Shown: piece after piece, positions 57,297 through 59,828 of the stretch
How the letters are laid out: every line of letters starts with the position of its first letter
How positions within the stretch are numbered: position 1 is the first letter of the stretch
DNA from: a virus
Taxonomy: Duplodnaviria; Caudoviricetes
DNA: 59,828 nucleotides
IMG/VR virus record: IMGVR_UViG_3300037558_000788
Span: 1-59,828 of that record
Strand: one strand, 5' to 3'
Made by a program: the position numbers and the translations under genes
The notes under the pieces: generated by a model
Databases searched by the model: none
Told to the model about the DNA's origin: nothing
The model's input: only the letters and a program-made list of their open reading frames with translations

Positions 57297-59828
57297 TCAC
57301 CCGTTGAACCAGTTGGAACCATCGGAGTATACGGGGCAGAAGTTACTTCCCCCACCAGAAACTCCACTTCCGTGAGACGCTTGCAGACTGTAGTAGCTGT
57401 CACTCACGAAGGCCCGTTGACCAGCAGGAGACGCTGAAGGTAGCGCAGATACGGTGTAGACTTTGTGGGCAATGGTCCCGTTGACATCTAACTTGGCGGC
57501 GGGAGTCGATTTCCCTATGCCGACTGAACCGCTTCCGGCTCCGTCAATATAAAAGGCGTTCGCCTCAAGGTTTGATTCAATTCTGAAGTTAACATCTGCT
57601 CCATTTTCATTAATAACGATCTGATCGTGCGTTGATTCCTGAAGAGTCAACATCTTCACATTACCCGCGTAGAAGTTAATCTGGTCAGTGGTTAACTGCA
57701 TGTAGGTGTTAGAGTCACCACTATGGGTTATCTTTTCGCCTACATTTATGTTTCCTGCAAAGGTTGCGTTACCATTAACCTCTAGTTTTTCTGCTGGACT
57801 AGTCGTTCCTATACCAACGTTGCCCGCAGAAGTAATCCGCATTCTTTCACTACCAGCATTTGTAGTGAAAGTTAAAAACCCTCCTGTAGAACCACCTCCT
57901 CTGTAGAATGTTACAGCAGCGTTCTCTGTGGTATTATAATATAATCCATGTTTAAAAGCGTAAGCGTTACTCCCGTTACTTGTGCCGTTGTTATAAGTAG
58001 TTAGCCTAAATGCAGTTTCACTACCATTTATTAAGCTCATCCAAGCAGCGCCAGATGTAACAGAAACATCTAACTTAGCACTAGGACTAGTTGTTCCTAT
58101 ACCAACGTTACCACCACTTAGGATGGTCATTTTCGTAGAATTATTCGCAACAATAGCTACCGATTGATTATCTAGAGTCCCAAATTGCCCAGTGCCACTG
58201 GAGTCAGTTAAATATTTACCAAGATTGTTTCGTATTCTACCATTTGCAACATCAAACGTAATAGCCGTCGTTACCCCATTTTTGAAATTTAAAACACCAT
58301 TACCCCAAGAACTTCCTATTTGTATATCCGCAGTAGTTCCTGTAAAGTATAGTTGGTTAGTCAATCCTACAGTACCACTAACATGCAACTTGTAGGCTGG
58401 ACTAGCTGTTCCTATACCAACGTTACCGTCGTTTCTGATACGCATTGACTCTACAAGATCGGTAGAACCAAATTGAGAATGTTGCGTAAAGAAAGCTAAT
58501 CCAATTTCGTTAGGGTCGGTGTCAGTCTGAATAGCTACAATCGAAGCGGCTTGAAGCTGTGCTTCGTTAGTAGAGCCAAAAGTAATAGATCCAGCATAAG
58601 CTCCTACTGCGGAACTCATAGTTTGATTACCTATATGAAGATCAGAAGTAGCGTCTAAATAACCAAGTGAATAAGATTTACTGCCTTTTATATGCAATTT
58701 AGCAATAGGACTCGTTGTTCCTATACCAACTTTGCCAGAGGAGTCGATACGTATACCTTCTGTCTTAGCTCCATTGTATTCAGTTGTCCCAATACTGGCA
58801 TAGGGAACTGACCCTACTCTACCTCCTTCAAGGTATATACCTCTATCGTTTGAGGTTCCTATTCGTAAAATTGCACCGCTGCCATCAGCATCGCTTGCAC
58901 CCTCAAGCCTTGCGACTTCAGAAATAGAACCTGATGAGCCAGTGTTTCTGACATGCAGTCTTGTCGCTGTTGTATCATAAGCATAAGGACTCGTTGTTCC
59001 TATACCAACGTTACCAGAAGAATTAATGCGAACTTTTTCAGTATTAGTTCCATTTGTAATAGTTTGTAATACTAAAGATCCGTCTTCTGTTGCGTTAGTA
59101 TTATCATCTATGATTACTCCAATTCTCGCATAATCTTTAACTGCAGAAGCTGAATTGATACCTGCTATATTAATTATTCCTGCAATACCACCCTCTGTAT
59201 TCTGCGGTCTTAATACTCTTAATTGATCAGCGAAAGATGCATTAGAAATTTCTAAGGCATTGCTAGGGCTTGTTGTCCCTATGCCGACATCGCCATTAGC
59301 AGCAATACGCATAGATGTAGAACTACCAGAAATAAAGTCTAATGGATGAGCCGTGGTATTAGCGTTCCCTGTCCTTGAATAAATCTTATTAGAATTCCCA
59401 TCGGGAGAAATCAACAAACCCCCAGAAGGGGATGTGGAGTTATCTATAGCGAACTGCCCTATAATGTGAAGAGGTCTATCAGGACTCGTTGTTCCTATAC
59501 CAACGTTACCAGCACCAGTGATCCGCATCCTTTCGGTGGCCGCTCCAGTCCCGCTCGTTTGTGGGCAGAAGTAAATATCTCTAGCAGAAGCAGAACCTGT
59601 ATTAGATCCTTGGATAAAGATTTTTATATTATTGTCCCAAGCTGCGATATTAGTCTGTCCATCATAAACAAACTTAGAGTTCCAGTTCATGTCGGCCCCA
59701 CCCATTTGGACTTGACCATCATAAAGAGATATTTGAGTCCCGCCATCTACAGCAAAGTCTGCCTTGCCTCCGTTATCATGAGCGCCATTTACTAGAACCT
59801 TGCCAGAAGAATTAATACGCATTCTTTC
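57297..59828 (-). CDS. Tail fibre protein, C-terminal part; 5' truncated at the window end
   Basis: Repeated MRI...GNVGIGTTSP...L.V modules. The frame is open beyond 59822 (ERMRINSSG). C-terminus YTVSALP...RAFVSD...PVYSDGSNW. Confidence 0.9.
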   Translation of the reverse strand, partial: ERMRINSSGKVLVNGAHDNGGKADFAVDGGTQISLYDGQVQMGGADMNWNSKFVYDGQTNIAAWDNNIKIFIQGSNTGSASARDIYFCPQTSGTGAATERMRITGAGNVGIGTTSPDRPLHIIGQFAIDNSTSPSGGLLISPDGNSNKIYSRTGNANTTAHPLDFISGSSTSMRIAANGDVGIGTTSPSNALEISNASFADQLRVLRPQNTEGGIAGIINIAGINSASAVKDYARIGVIIDDNTNATEDGSLVLQTITNGTNTEKVRINSSGNVGIGTTSPYAYDTTATRLHVRNTGSSGSISEVARLEGASDADGSGAILRIGTSNDRGIYLEGGRVGSVPYASIGTTEYNGAKTEGIRIDSSGKVGIGTTSPIAKLHIKGSKSYSLGYLDATSDLHIGNQTMSSAVGAYAGSITFGSTNEAQLQAASIVAIQTDTDPNEIGLAFFTQHSQFGSTDLVESMRIRNDGNVGIGTASPAYKLHVSGTVGLTNQLYFTGTTADIQIGSSWGNGVLNFKNGVTTAITFDVANGRIRNNLGKYLTDSSGTGQFGTLDNQSVAIVANNSTKMTILSGGNVGIGTTSPSAKLDVSVTSGAAWMSLINGSETAFRLTTYNNGTSNGSNAYAFKHGLYYNTTENAAVTFYRGGGSTGGFLTFTTNAGSERMRITSAGNVGIGTTSPAEKLEVNGNATFAGNINVGEKITHSGDSNTYMQLTTDQINFYAGNVKMLTLQESTHDQIVINENGADVNFRIESNLEANAFYIDGAGSGSVGIGKSTPAAKLDVNGTIAHKVYTVSALPSASPAGQRAFVSDSYYSLQASHGSGVSGGGSNFCPVYSDGSNWFNG

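Overview
The window looks like a nearly complete ~60 kb genome of a dsDNA tailed phage with podovirus-like organisation. No RNA polymerase, integrase, tRNA or CRISPR array was recognised. The sequence appears to be opened inside one long repetitive tail-fibre gene: a reading frame runs off position 1 and another enters at 59828. Minus-strand blocks encode the portal, scaffold and major capsid proteins, probable internal virion proteins (one of 3622 aa), the large terminase, a lysis cassette, many tail and decoration proteins, and two GT25 glycosyltransferases. The plus strand carries a small-gene early region (~10.5-14 kb) and a replication module (29.3-39.7 kb): HTH protein, RuvC-like resolvase, SF2 helicase, DUF2800-like nuclease, probable SSB, family A DNA polymerase and primase-helicase. 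The strongest unexplained signal is a pair of 76-bp self-palindromic elements (74/76 identical) in inverted orientation, flanking an 18-kb segment. Other candidates are a ~430-nt highly structured non-coding region, a possible virion glycosylation system (GT25 pair plus poly-Ser proteins), large domain insertions in core structural proteins, and several sigma70-type promoters placed for leaderless mRNAs. All product calls come from reading motifs and gene order; no database searches were run.
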